The notes: a model not told the origin generated them from the sequence alone. A DNA stretch of 50,670 bases from Candidatus Subterrananammoxibius californiae (GCA_030586555.1 JAURAC010000013.1:1-50670); one strand, 5' to 3'. Positions 17,528 to 27,918 are shown, counted from the first letter of the stretch. Program-made: numbers and translations.

Positions 17528-19078
17528 ATGAACACAAGAACAATCATTTGCGCATTATCTGTTACATTCTTATCATTAGGAACATTTTCGTTCCTACCGT
17601 GGCGGTGGTCCAATAATGTAGAAGACAGTAGTATCTCAACCGTGCCAGTCAGGCAAGGTGACCTGGTTGTAAAGATTGCAGAAACCGGGGTATTAAGGTC
17701 GCTTCGCTCCGTTTCCTTAGCCAGTGAGATACCGAGCAACAAGGCAAAGATTGCCTGGATTACTCCCGAAGGCAGTTACGTAGAAAAGGACGCAGTCCTT
17801 GTGCAGTTTGATAAGGCGCCCTTTGAGGAGGCAATAGAGAGATACGAGGCGGCTGTAAAGGAGGCGGAGGCGACGCTTGCACAGGCAAATGAAGACCTCA
17901 AGCTTGAGCAGGCTAACAGCGCTCAGGCGGTTGAGACCGCCAAACACAAGGTGTTTCTTCTTGAAATGGGGTTAAAAAATATTCTGGAAGGCGAGGGGTA
18001 TCTGAAACTCAAAGAAATAGAAGCGCAAAAGGAGCAAGCCGATGCGGAACTTGTCCAGGCTGAAAGTTATTTTCGCGACCTTAAAGAACTGCTTCAAAAG
18101 GGCTGGGTTAGTCAAAACGAGCTGGATAAGGCAAGGCTTCAGCTCGATAAGGCAAAGAGTGCGGCAGAATTGACAGGACTCAGGGCAAATATATACAAAG
18201 AATATGTCTATCCTGCCGAAAAGGAGAAGGCAGAGGCTGAATTGAGAAAGGCGAAGGACGAGCTCGTTGAATTACAAAAAATGACATATTATAGGATTCT
18301 TCGCGCCCAGGCAGGTCTTGACCTTGCCGGTGGGAAACTGGCAGTGGCTAAAAAGAAACTTGAGGATACAAAAAATGAACTTGAAAAGACCACACTTAAA
18401 GCCCCTATAGCAGGTTTTGTTGTGTATAAAGAATTATACATCTCAGGGGAAAAACGAAAGGTAAGAATAGGAGATTCTGTCTGGAGCGACCAGGACATAA
18501 TTCTAATACCTGACATTTCAAAGATGGCAGTCGAAACACGCATAAGAGAGGTGGATATACATAAGGTTAAGACGGGACAGGATGTGTCGGTGCGGGTGGA
18601 TGCCTATCCTGATTTGGCATTGCACGGCAATGTAGAACTCATCGGAACCCTTGCAGAAAAAGAAGAGGGTTTAAATGCCGTAAGTAAGTTCTTTAATCTC
18701 TATATAATTATCAAAGAGTCTGACCAAAGACTCCGCCCGGGAATGACTGCGAGGGCTGAACTTCTCGTAGATAAGTTAAAGAACGTCTTGTATGTGCCGC
18801 TTGAGGCGGTCTATCTTAAGGATGGCGCTTATGTATGTTACGTCTTGTCAAATGATACCGTATCTGTAAGAACCGTTACATTGGGTAACAGCAATGATGA
18901 GTTTGTAACAATCGAGAGCGGACTCAAAGAAGACGAAAGGGTTTGCCTGACCGAACCCGCCAGGATGCTTGAAATCTTTGAAAAAACCACCGGTACAATT
19001 ACATCCCGGGAATCTTCATCCCATACCATAAAATATAGTTTAGACCACAAATCCATTAAATCCATTGACTCTAATTGA
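17528..19078 (+). CDS. MacA/HlyD-family periplasmic adaptor subunit
   Basis: N-terminal anchor, EGSYVEKD lipoyl half-motif, long coiled coil, LKAPIAG, LRPGMTA, IESGLKE. Confidence 0.9.
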   Translation: MNTRTIICALSVTFLSLGTFSFLPWRWSNNVEDSSISTVPVRQGDLVVKIAETGVLRSLRSVSLASEIPSNKAKIAWITPEGSYVEKDAVLVQFDKAPFEEAIERYEAAVKEAEATLAQANEDLKLEQANSAQAVETAKHKVFLLEMGLKNILEGEGYLKLKEIEAQKEQADAELVQAESYFRDLKELLQKGWVSQNELDKARLQLDKAKSAAELTGLRANIYKEYVYPAEKEKAEAELRKAKDELVELQKMTYYRILRAQAGLDLAGGKLAVAKKKLEDTKNELEKTTLKAPIAGFVVYKELYISGEKRKVRIGDSVWSDQDIILIPDISKMAVETRIREVDIHKVKTGQDVSVRVDAYPDLALHGNVELIGTLAEKEEGLNAVSKFFNLYIIIKESDQRLRPGMTARAELLVDKLKNVLYVPLEAVYLKDGAYVCYVLSNDTVSVRTVTLGNSNDEFVTIESGLKEDERVCLTEPARMLEIFEKTTGTITSRESSSHTIKYSLDHKSIKSIDSN

Positions 19079-19751
19079 AGTAGCCAATTTAACAAAGACT
19101 TATCTGATTGGGATGGCAGAAGTTCATGCCCTTTCTAATATTTCTTTCGTGGTAGAGCGTGGCGAATTTATTGCCATAATGGGGCCGTCAGGGTCTGGCA
19201 AGTCAACGCTTATGCATATCCTCGGATGCTTAGACCGCCCTACCTCTGGAAGCTATTATCTGGACAACAGCGATGTTACCGCTCTTAGTAATAAAGAACT
19301 TTCCATCATCAGAAATCACAGGATAGGTTTTGTCTTCCAATCGTACAACCTCATCTTTCAGTTGAATGTTATTGAGAATGTTGAGGTGCCACTTATTTAT
19401 AACCGAATGTCACTAAATTATGACAGCGGGATGGATAAATGTTTAAAGGCTATAAGAGCAGTGGGGTTAAATGAAAGGCTGAGGCATCGCCCTTCCGAAC
19501 TATCCGGAGGAGAAATGCAGCGGGTTGCAATTGCACGGGCACTTGTAAATGACCCTTTAATAATCCTTGCGGATGAGCCAACGGGTAACCTCGATAGTAA
19601 GACAGGCGAAGAAATTATGGGAATTCTAAAAGGCCTTAATGATGAAGGCCGCACTGTAATAGTGGTAACACATGATGAGAAGGTTGCGTCTCATGCAAAT
19701 CGTACAATTAAATTAAAAGATGGTTCAATATTAGTAGATAGTAGACAGTAG
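19065..19751 (+). CDS. ABC transporter ATP-binding protein (MacB/LolD type)
   Basis: [39 protein letters not shown]. Confidence 0.95.
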   Translation: MTLIEVANLTKTYLIGMAEVHALSNISFVVERGEFIAIMGPSGSGKSTLMHILGCLDRPTSGSYYLDNSDVTALSNKELSIIRNHRIGFVFQSYNLIFQLNVIENVEVPLIYNRMSLNYDSGMDKCLKAIRAVGLNERLRHRPSELSGGEMQRVAIARALVNDPLIILADEPTGNLDSKTGEEIMGILKGLNDEGRTVIVVTHDEKVASHANRTIKLKDGSILVDSRQ

Positions 19752-19763
19752 ATAGGTAACAGG

Positions 19764-21026
19764 ATGCGTACATGGAAGATTATATTTGCAGGTATCAAAT
19801 CCCTTGCGCTTCACAAGCTGAGGTCTGTCCTGAGTATCCTCGGAATAGTCTTTGGCGTTGCTGCTGTTGTGGCAATGCTATCCATCGGTGAAGGGGCAAG
19901 ACAGGAAGCGCTTGAACAAATAGAACTGTTAGGCACAAATAACATTACAATTCACGCACTTGCCCTCACTGAATCACAAATAATGGAAGCAAAAAAGAAC
20001 CTTTCTTCCGGCCTTACAGCCACAGATGCCTCCAGATTGGTCGAGATATGTCCGGGTATTTCCTTTATTGCGCCGTTAAAGATTATCAATATTGAAAGCA
20101 CCTACGAAAACAGGGAATCCTTAGCTCCGGTTGTCGGAACTACTCCGGATTATCCTGCAGTAAGGAACGTTTCTGTAGATAAGGGGAGATTCATTACCCT
20201 TCTGGATATTGAGGAAAACAAGCGGGTATGCGTTCTCGGCGCTGACGTAGCAAAGACGTTCTTCCCGGTTGATTCGCCTTTGGGAAGTATGATTAGATTG
20301 GGTTCAGACTGGTATAACGTGATTGGCGTATTACAAAAAAAGGCTGTTACTCGCAAGAGCCGAGCAACGAGAGACGGGCAACGAGCGACGGGTTCAATTA
20401 CCCCTCGTAACATTAATAACGATATTTATATTCCACTCTCAGTGAGCGTATTGGTTAGCCCAACACGGGGCTCAGAGATTGCCGTGGACGAGATAGGCAT
20501 CCGTATTAACGAGGCTAACAAGGTTCAAGAGTCTGCTAACATAATAAAGACCATACTAACAAGACTTCACAATAAGGTACAGGACTACGAAATTATTGTT
20601 CCCGTAGAACTGCTAAGACAAAGTCAAAGCACCCAGCGCATATTTAATATTGTACTCGGTGCTATTGCTGGTATTTCCCTCTTGACAGGTGGCATAGGGA
20701 TTATGAACATCATGCTTGCTACGGTTTCAGAAAGGACTAAAGAGATTGGTATCAGGGCTGCGCTTGGCGCAACGAGGCTGGATATTCTATTCCAGTTCTT
20801 GATTGAAACCTTACTGCTGACCGTTGCCGGCGGTATAATAGGCATCCTTTTAGGCATATTCGGGGCGTACACCATAAATATCTATGCTGAGTGGAGGACG
20901 GTTGTCTCCTTTACGGCAATTATTATCGCCTCACTCATGTCTGCGATTGTGGGGCTACTGTTTGGTCTTCTCCCAGCCTATAAGGCTGCCAGAATGGATC
21001 CCATTGCAGCATTAAGGTTTGAATAG
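19764..21026 (+). CDS. ABC transporter permease (MacB/FtsX type)
   Basis: KLRSVLSILGIVFGVAAVVAM, GGIGIMNIML..V.ERTKEIGIR.ALGA, PA.KAA.MDPI.ALR. Confidence 0.95.
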   Translation: MRTWKIIFAGIKSLALHKLRSVLSILGIVFGVAAVVAMLSIGEGARQEALEQIELLGTNNITIHALALTESQIMEAKKNLSSGLTATDASRLVEICPGISFIAPLKIINIESTYENRESLAPVVGTTPDYPAVRNVSVDKGRFITLLDIEENKRVCVLGADVAKTFFPVDSPLGSMIRLGSDWYNVIGVLQKKAVTRKSRATRDGQRATGSITPRNINNDIYIPLSVSVLVSPTRGSEIAVDEIGIRINEANKVQESANIIKTILTRLHNKVQDYEIIVPVELLRQSQSTQRIFNIVLGAIAGISLLTGGIGIMNIMLATVSERTKEIGIRAALGATRLDILFQFLIETLLLTVAGGIIGILLGIFGAYTINIYAEWRTVVSFTAIIIASLMSAIVGLLFGLLPAYKAARMDPIAALRFE

Positions 21027-21107
21027 GTTACTTTTTTTGAAAAAAGCAACCTTATCATTACCGAAATAGTTCCAACCGAAAATTCTAAACCATTTCCCTA
21101 AAAATCG

Positions 21108-21135
21108 TTGACAGATTAAAATTATGTGATATACT
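21108..21135 (+). promoter_or_regulatory. sigma70-type promoter
   Basis: TTGACA-N16-TATACT. Confidence 0.6.
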
Positions 21136-21160
21136 CACCGCCGAAAGGAGATAGCACTAA

Positions 21161-23458
21161 ATGAGGCTCATGCCCAAGTCACCCCCTGATTTAATCAGGG
21201 GTGGGTGTCCGCCCCATCCAAAGAACGGCGGGTTTTCAACATTATTTGGACGGACAGATTCATCATGGCGACTCCTGATTATATCAGGGGTCCAAAAACT
21301 TGCCCTGCTAATAGTAATCTTCTTCCCGATACTTCCTATCCTTTGTTACGGAGCGACTGACACAAGTAATGGGACTGATTGGCAAGAAGGCTATACCCTG
21401 ATTATTATGAAAAATACAGATATAGCCTCTTCCAATAAAGCGAGAGATTATGTTATTAGCAAGGGGGGCAGAATTGCTATCCTCTCCCCTCCTCACGTCA
21501 TGCTGGGTTGGGTTGCCCCAGAACTTGCCGAAAAACTAATTGGCAAGCATGGTATTGAATCCATCTACTATAGTCCTGTGGATTTGACAGTACTTAAATA
21601 CCAAGACGACCAAACTATTGCCGCAGTTTCTTTCTTTAATTCCGTCACTTCAGGCGAACTGTCAAGGGAAATGGAAGCCTCGAGGGATGTAGAGGGTGAG
21701 CCTTTGATAAATGACGCATTGGAACACCCCGAAATAAATGAAGAAGATTACAAAAAGAATCTTAAAAAGTTTGGAGTTGCGCCATCCCCCAGAGGAAACA
21801 GCGATAGTATGACAGGAACCGTTGCAGTTACCCTTTTTTTCGTTGAGAGCAACGGTTCAATTGACCCTAATCTATATACATGGACTTCAACCGACCTGCA
21901 GAATACATATAATCGAGCCGTTAGCGGACTTTCATGGTGGTCTCAACAGGCTCCTTCCTACGGAAAAGATGTTAGTTTTACGGTTTACTATTATTCTGCA
22001 CCTTATACCCAGCAAGGTTATGAGCCCATCCTCCACAATGCGCGCTCAGCAGGAGAAGACTACCTGTGGATTAACCAGATAATGAGTAATCTTGGATTTA
22101 ACTCAGGTGACAAATTTGCCAGGGTTGCCTCCTTTAATACCTATTTAAAAGGATACGCTAGCACCAACTGGGCATACTCTGTATTTATTGGGTACAACCC
22201 TTCCCCCGCTCCGACTACTTTTACCGATGGGTCTTCTGCCTATGCTTTCCAAGGTGGCCCGTATGTTCAGACGCTCTTTTGGATTAATGGCTGGAGTGTG
22301 GAAAACTTCGGTCTGGTTCTCACCCATGAAACAGGTCATATTTTCTGGGCATGCGATGAATATGCTGCGGCTCCATGTAATTGTGGTTTCTGTGCCCCGT
22401 CAGGAACGCCGAGACCTAATGTTCTTAATGGGAATTGCGACTCCTGCAACCCAAATTCAGTAAATTGTATGATGCGTAATAACAGCTATACATTGTGTTC
22501 TTATACCCCTTTACAAATTGGATGGGGTGGAGGGGCGACCACAACAAGCAGCACTACTACAACTACACAAACAACTACGACTACAATTGGGGTTAATAAG
22601 CCCGACCTGATAGTAACCCAGCTAACAGGACCAAATGCCGGGACAATCGGTGGGCAAATCAATATCTCAGTTACGGTAAGAAACCAGGGCTCAGCCAACG
22701 CAGGGGCTTTTCGGGTAGGTTTTTACTTTTCCACCAACTCTACCATTGCCACAAACGATACTTTTTCTGGATGGTGGTGCAGCTCAACGGGATTATCTGC
22801 GGGAACGACGCAAACACTATGCACCGGTAATATCGGCGTTCTAAATTCTATTGCACCAGGGGCCTACTATCTCGGAGCAATTGTAGATTATTTAGGGCAG
22901 ATAGCAGAAAGTAACGAAAATAATAACACCCGTTCTGCAGATACCGGGACAATTGTCCTCACAGGTATAACAACCACTACTACAATCGCCACGACGACCA
23001 CTACAATTGGGGGTAATCAGCCCGAACTAATAGTAACCTCATTAAGAGGACCAACCACAGGCAGAGTCGGTGCTAAAATCTACGTCAAGACTATAAGTAA
23101 AAACCAGGGTTCAGTCAATGTAGGGGCTTTTCGGGTAGGGTTTTACTTTTCTACCGATTCCACCATTACCACAGGCGATGCAAGGTCAAGCACTTATTGT
23201 AATTATTCAAGGGGATTATATGCAAGAAGAACAGGAACTTGCAATGGCTATGTGGTAATTCCAACTTCCCTCGGACCAGGGACTTATTATCTGGGAGCGA
23301 TTATAGATGATTCAGGACGGGTAGCTGAGGGTATCGAGAACAACAATACTCGTATAGCAGACACTGGACCCATTGAAATCGTACTTGCTTATATCTATCG
23401 TGAATTAGGTCCTAAACGCCGTATAGTAGACCCTGTACCCATTGAAATCACAAGGTAG
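21161..23458 (+). CDS. Secreted zinc metalloprotease with two C-terminal CARDB-like domains
   Basis: THETGHIFWACDEY zinc motif, Cys-rich segment and CMM putative Met-turn, Thr-rich linkers, two PDL/PEL...NQGS...YYLGAI.D....AE..ENNN repeats; start uncertain. Confidence 0.8.
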   Translation: MRLMPKSPPDLIRGGCPPHPKNGGFSTLFGRTDSSWRLLIISGVQKLALLIVIFFPILPILCYGATDTSNGTDWQEGYTLIIMKNTDIASSNKARDYVISKGGRIAILSPPHVMLGWVAPELAEKLIGKHGIESIYYSPVDLTVLKYQDDQTIAAVSFFNSVTSGELSREMEASRDVEGEPLINDALEHPEINEEDYKKNLKKFGVAPSPRGNSDSMTGTVAVTLFFVESNGSIDPNLYTWTSTDLQNTYNRAVSGLSWWSQQAPSYGKDVSFTVYYYSAPYTQQGYEPILHNARSAGEDYLWINQIMSNLGFNSGDKFARVASFNTYLKGYASTNWAYSVFIGYNPSPAPTTFTDGSSAYAFQGGPYVQTLFWINGWSVENFGLVLTHETGHIFWACDEYAAAPCNCGFCAPSGTPRPNVLNGNCDSCNPNSVNCMMRNNSYTLCSYTPLQIGWGGGATTTSSTTTTTQTTTTTIGVNKPDLIVTQLTGPNAGTIGGQINISVTVRNQGSANAGAFRVGFYFSTNSTIATNDTFSGWWCSSTGLSAGTTQTLCTGNIGVLNSIAPGAYYLGAIVDYLGQIAESNENNNTRSADTGTIVLTGITTTTTIATTTTTIGGNQPELIVTSLRGPTTGRVGAKIYVKTISKNQGSVNVGAFRVGFYFSTDSTITTGDARSSTYCNYSRGLYARRTGTCNGYVVIPTSLGPGTYYLGAIIDDSGRVAEGIENNNTRIADTGPIEIVLAYIYRELGPKRRIVDPVPIEITR

Positions 23459-23478
23459 TGCATGTTAAAATAGATTTG

Positions 23479-23514
23479 TGTCATAGATGACAGGTCATAA
23501 GCAGGTCATAAGCA
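23479..23514 (+). promoter_or_regulatory. Candidate transcription-factor site (11-bp tandem repeat plus palindrome)
   Basis: TGTCAT-AG-ATGACA palindrome overlapping CAGGTCATAAG x2. Confidence 0.4.
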
Positions 23515-23556
23515 TGAATATAAATTGGTATTTATAACTTATTTTTTAAAATTCTA

Positions 23557-23584
23557 TTGACAAAGAAAAATTATATGTTATGCT
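23557..23584 (+). promoter_or_regulatory. sigma70-type promoter
   Basis: TTGACA-N16-TATGCT with TG extension; AAGGAGG RBS downstream. Confidence 0.55.
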
Positions 23585-23606
23585 TCTACTTAAAGGAGGA
23601 AAAAAC

Positions 23607-24608
23607 ATGAATAAGTTTGCGCCTCATTTGTTAATTACGGTAGTGGGCTTTTTAGCGCTGGCGTTTATGACGTCCAATGCCCTGGCGCAGAAGTGTCAGC
23701 ATTTGCACCAGCTTTCAAAAAAGCTCCAGAAACAGCAAATTACAATGCTAAATTGTAAGCTATGTGTTTGCGAAAAGATGGAGACCTATATCATAAAGCA
23801 AAGGATTCGTGCTTCCGTCCTGGCAGACTGCGATTGCGATGAAACAAATGATAGGGAATGCGACAAGCATCATCAGCATCCAAACTCTGGCGATGGAGAC
23901 TATGAAGGATGGGCTTGTGTATGGAGCGGACTTGATGACCCAACAGGACCAATTATTCCACCAGAAGACGCAAACTATCAGTCTTCAGGTATACCCGACG
24001 ACTGCATCTTTGACGCCACCATTACAAGGGTAGTAAAGTATTGCAAGGATACTGAAGAGTTTCCTGGCGATGGATGGCCAAGGGGAGGCTATCATTCAGG
24101 CACATGGAGGCTTCTTTGTGGTACAGAGCGGGTTGCAGGTGGCTCACTGCAGGGTGTTGACGGTGTTGACCCATCCTTCGAGCGCATTTATTCAATCGAT
24201 GTCATTTCTGAGCATACCACTTTGCCAGGTGGTCAGGTGAATTCTTTAATAGTAGTACCCGACCCTTGCGCAGGTTCTCAGTGCTACTTACCAGGTTGGC
24301 AGTTTGGCTGTATATCGGGTACTACCACTGATTTGTTCTTCAGGTTTCAGTGCCCTCCAACCGGCTCCTATGATAAGGAAGAGGTCGGTAATATTGCTGA
24401 CTGCGAGCTTGGCGACCTGTATGTCATCAATGACTTCAGAGGCAAGCAGATTTGTATTACCCCAAGGGAAGATTGGAAGATAAAGGCATGCTATAGCGGT
24501 GGGAATTTCATCGATAATTCTCAAAATCCTTGTGACCAGTGGTCCACCGACTGGTCTGTCAGATTGGAAGGCGTAATTGCAATTAACGCAACAGACTGCA
24601 TCCAGTAA
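23607..24608 (+). CDS. Secreted Cys-rich hypothetical protein, paralog 1
   Basis: Sec signal ending ALA-Q, 20 Cys, strong RBS; paralog of the next gene. Confidence 0.85.
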   Translation: MNKFAPHLLITVVGFLALAFMTSNALAQKCQHLHQLSKKLQKQQITMLNCKLCVCEKMETYIIKQRIRASVLADCDCDETNDRECDKHHQHPNSGDGDYEGWACVWSGLDDPTGPIIPPEDANYQSSGIPDDCIFDATITRVVKYCKDTEEFPGDGWPRGGYHSGTWRLLCGTERVAGGSLQGVDGVDPSFERIYSIDVISEHTTLPGGQVNSLIVVPDPCAGSQCYLPGWQFGCISGTTTDLFFRFQCPPTGSYDKEEVGNIADCELGDLYVINDFRGKQICITPREDWKIKACYSGGNFIDNSQNPCDQWSTDWSVRLEGVIAINATDCIQ

Positions 24609-24650
24609 GTTAGTGTATCTGAGGGCATTATAAAAAAGGAGGAAGTAAAG

Positions 24651-25655
24651 ATGAAAAAGTTTGCGCCTTATTTATTAATCCTCCTGGTGGGCTTTCTGGC
24701 GCTGGCGCTTATGACATCCAATGCCTTAGCGCAAAAGTGTCAGCATCTGCACCAGCTTTCAAAAAAGCTCCAGAAACAGCAAATCACAATGCTAAATTGC
24801 AAGCTATGTGTTTGCGAAAAGATGGAGTCCTATATCATAAAGCACAGGATTCGTGCTTCCGTCCTGGCAGACTGCGATTGCGATGAAACAAATGATAGAG
24901 AATGCGACAAGTTTCATCAGCATCCAAACTCTGGCGATGGAGACAATGAAGGATGGGCTTGTGTATGGAGCGGAAGTGACGACCCAACAGGACCAATTAT
25001 TCCACCAGAAGATGCAAACTATCAGTCCTCAGGTATTCCAGATGACTGTATCTTTGACGCCACAATCACAAGGGTAGTAAAGTATTGCAAGGATACTGCA
25101 GATCATCCTGGCAGCGGATTCCCGAGATCGGGGTATCATTCAGGCACATGGAAGCTTATTTGTGGTACGGAGAGGGTCGCAAGTGGTTCATTGCATGGCG
25201 TTGACGGCGTTAACCCATGCGCAGATAAGCGGTCTACTGGCAGCATAGATCGCTCCGACCATCAGTTCTTGCCATGCGGTCAGACTGCCGGTTGTGCTGC
25301 AAACGAGGATCCGTGCGATGGCGCAGCTTGTTACATAGCAGGCTATCAGGTTGGCTGTATATTGGGTAGTACCACCGATTTGTTCTTCAGATTCCAGTGT
25401 CCTCCAACTGGCACATACGATAAGGAGGAGGTCGGTAATATTGCTGACTGCGAGCTTGGCGACCTGTACGTCATCAATGATTTCCGGGGCAAGCAGATTT
25501 GTATTACCCCAACGGAAGATTGGAAGATAAAGGCGTGCTACGGCGGTGGGAATTATATTGATTGTACTACAAATCCCTGCGACCAGTGGGCAACTGATTG
25601 GTGTGTCAGTTTGGAAGGCGTAATTGCAATTAACGCAACAGACTGCATCCAGTAA
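24651..25655 (+). CDS. Secreted Cys-rich hypothetical protein, paralog 2
   Basis: Sec signal ending ALA-Q, 25 Cys, AAGGAGG RBS. Confidence 0.85.
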   Translation: MKKFAPYLLILLVGFLALALMTSNALAQKCQHLHQLSKKLQKQQITMLNCKLCVCEKMESYIIKHRIRASVLADCDCDETNDRECDKFHQHPNSGDGDNEGWACVWSGSDDPTGPIIPPEDANYQSSGIPDDCIFDATITRVVKYCKDTADHPGSGFPRSGYHSGTWKLICGTERVASGSLHGVDGVNPCADKRSTGSIDRSDHQFLPCGQTAGCAANEDPCDGAACYIAGYQVGCILGSTTDLFFRFQCPPTGTYDKEEVGNIADCELGDLYVINDFRGKQICITPTEDWKIKACYGGGNYIDCTTNPCDQWATDWCVSLEGVIAINATDCIQ

Positions 25656-25692
25656 GCTTGGTTTTAGTTGCGTTAACATTAGTAAAAAATAT

Positions 25693-25750
25693 GGGGAGGG
25701 TAGGAGGCGGTTGCCTTTTAGGCGCGCCAAATGTCCTCCCCTTCTTTTTT
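25693..25750 (+). terminator. Probable intrinsic terminator
   Basis: GGGGAGG...CCTCCCC stem followed by TTCTTTTTT. Confidence 0.5.
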
Positions 25751-25778
25751 TAACTCTTGGCAGCAGCAAGCCCTTAAT

Positions 25779-26040
25779 TGTCATTCTGAGCAGTAGACAA
25801 CGAGGTTTTATCCGCCTCAGGCGGATTGAATCAACGAACATAAAGCATGCCCTGAATTTATTTCATGGGTTCGTTGTCTACCAGGGATGTTTCGTGGAGC
25901 ACGGATAAACAAGCATGTCATGTCGACATGCCATGGTTTGTCCATGGTATCCTTAGTCAGAGGCGATGGATTACCATGCCACCCAAGCATAGTAATGCGT
26001 TCATAGCTTTGCGCTCCTAACTCTCAACTCTAAACTCACT
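25779..26040. repeat. Mosaic of nested repeat fragments
   Basis: GTCATTCTGAGC, ATCCGCCTCAGGCGGAT, CCCTGAATTTATTTCATGGG, CACGGATAAACAAG..TTTGTCCATG, CATGCCACCC, AACTCTC heptamers. Confidence 0.65.
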
Positions 26041-26166
26041 ACGGGAGCAGTATTGCCCATATCCTTGTCTGCCTGCTATTTTTTGGTGGGATTGAATCGC
26101 AAAATTTCTGCCTTGTTTAAAGATGCAGAGCGTTGGAATGAGTGGGGAAATTAATCGGCTTGTTAT

Positions 26167-27012
26167 TTACTCAACCATCTTTCTTACCACCTTGATGAAT
26201 TTTTTAAAATAGGGTTTGCTTTTTTGAATAAATTCTTCAATCCGCCTCCAGCGAATATCCAGATATTCATGGGTAAGGATGTTTCGCAATTCTGCCTAAT
26301 TCGCCAATTGTTCCCCTAAATCCTCAGAAAAATAAGGGATAAGGTTGATGCTTCACAAAACCTCTCGGTAACTGGAGAGAATAGCTCGCTTTTTGCTGGC
26401 TAAAATAGTCTTGGAAACATCAATCGCCGCATTCATCAAATTCTCAATCCATCGCTCTACTTCCCGTCTTTTCCTTCTATCTGTTTCATGTTCAGACTTG
26501 GTAAGACTGCTGTACTCTTTACTATCTTGAAGTTCTAAATCAAGAAAGACAAGACGCTTGTTTAGAATCTCTCTATCTTCTTTACTTAAAGAAGATGAAC
26601 GCCAGTAAATTTCAGCATATTCCTGCACTATCTGACGATAATCTTCCGCTTCCCGGGTTACAATCAACATAAACTCAAGATAAAGCTTTCTATCCTTGAT
26701 TACTAAAGGAAGCCCTTGAATTGCTGAGGCAGCAATATTTGCTGGCGCACGATTTAAAACAATAAAATCAACATTGTCAGTTTCTAAAATTTCAACTAAG
26801 TCACCCCATACCTTACTCTCTTGCGGGTAATCGCGCTCACATTCCCACTCTACTGTATTTGAAATCGGCTTAAAATAACAGGCAATATCCCAATCGGAAA
26901 TTTTAGACGACCTTTTCTTCGCCTTGGAGCCGAATAAGAAAGCCACCAACACGCTTTCTTCATTTCTGGAATACCCTTTTAATCGTTTTATTTTAATTCG
27001 GTCTTGTCCCAC
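26167..27012 (-). pseudogene. Fused MNT nucleotidyltransferase-HEPN (DUF86-like) gene with two nonsense codons in the HEPN half
   Basis: FLFGS...SDWDIA MNT motif; frame continues past TGA (26355-26353) and TAG (26298-26296) to LRNILTHEY and TAA at 26167. Confidence 0.8.
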
Positions 27013-27123
27013 CAGTTACTACCTGAAATCTCACGAATCGCTGATATTATTGCAGATAGTTACAACCCTTGTCAAAGAAAATCGCATCAGTTAAAAGTTA
27101 AGTATTCAAAGACTCCGAACTGA

Positions 27124-27918
27124 TTATGGCGGCAATATTGCCCATACCCTTGTTTGCCCGCCGGAGCCGCCTTCTATCTTTATCGGGGCGATTATGAGGG
27201 TTGCGCCTGCTGGTGGTAACTTATCGAGGTTGGCTACGTTTTCTAAGATATACTTGCCTGCGCCATTTATAATATGATGCACCTTGAAATCTGTTGAAGG
27301 CCCGTAATCGGCACTCAACGTATCTATTCCGATACCGTTAATATTTCTCTCCTCGACAAGAAACCTTGCAGCTTCCTCAGAGAAACCAGGGAAATGGAGC
27401 TTCCCGACTTCATCAGCATTTTTATACTCAGCGTAATTATTCCATCGCTTTGCCCAGCCGGTATTCAAAAGGACTATTGCGCCCTGTGGCACTTTACCAT
27501 GCGCTTTTTCCCAGGATAAAATCTCATCTACATTAAGCAGATAGTCATCATTTCCCCCCACCGTTGAGCTTACATCAATAACGACTGCAGGACCTATAAG
27601 TTTCTCAAGCGGAATCTGGTCAACCGATGGTTTGCCCGCCGCAAAATGATTAGGAGCATCTATATGCGTTCCGAGATGCTCAGGCGTGGAATACTTTCCA
27701 GAAAAGACATTGTTCTTTTCGAGTGTAGCAACAGATTCGTATGTAAAAGGAGAATATGAGGGTCCAGGCCAGTATGCGTTTTTTGAATTAAGCGGGTAAG
27801 TGAGGTCAATTACCGTTTGTTTGTTTTGCATGATGTTTTCGAGGATTTCAGCGTTTAGAGCACTTATTTGTAAAGTCAAAAAAATAGCAATAATTATACT
27901 TTTAATAATTAACTTCAT
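27124..27918 (-). CDS. Cyclase-family (kynurenine formamidase-like) metal hydrolase with signal peptide
   Basis: EHLGTHIDAPNHF, LLNTGW, HFPGFS, GIGIDTLS, ILENV; ATG 27918 with GGGAGGG RBS. Confidence 0.9.
   Translation of the reverse strand: MKLIIKSIIIAIFLTLQISALNAEILENIMQNKQTVIDLTYPLNSKNAYWPGPSYSPFTYESVATLEKNNVFSGKYSTPEHLGTHIDAPNHFAAGKPSVDQIPLEKLIGPAVVIDVSSTVGGNDDYLLNVDEILSWEKAHGKVPQGAIVLLNTGWAKRWNNYAEYKNADEVGKLHFPGFSEEAARFLVEERNINGIGIDTLSADYGPSTDFKVHHIINGAGKYILENVANLDKLPPAGATLIIAPIKIEGGSGGQTRVWAILPP

Noticed and set aside
23607..25655. Diversity-generating retroelement or multiheme cytochrome
   Set aside because: No reverse transcriptase in the window, differences are not confined to adenines, both copies are full genes, and there is no CxxCH motif.
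26296..26355. Selenocysteine/pyrrolysine or alternative genetic code readthrough in the HEPN domain
   Set aside because: TGA and TAG act as normal stops elsewhere in the window, and the two codons are simply explained as CGA>TGA and TGG>TAG mutations.
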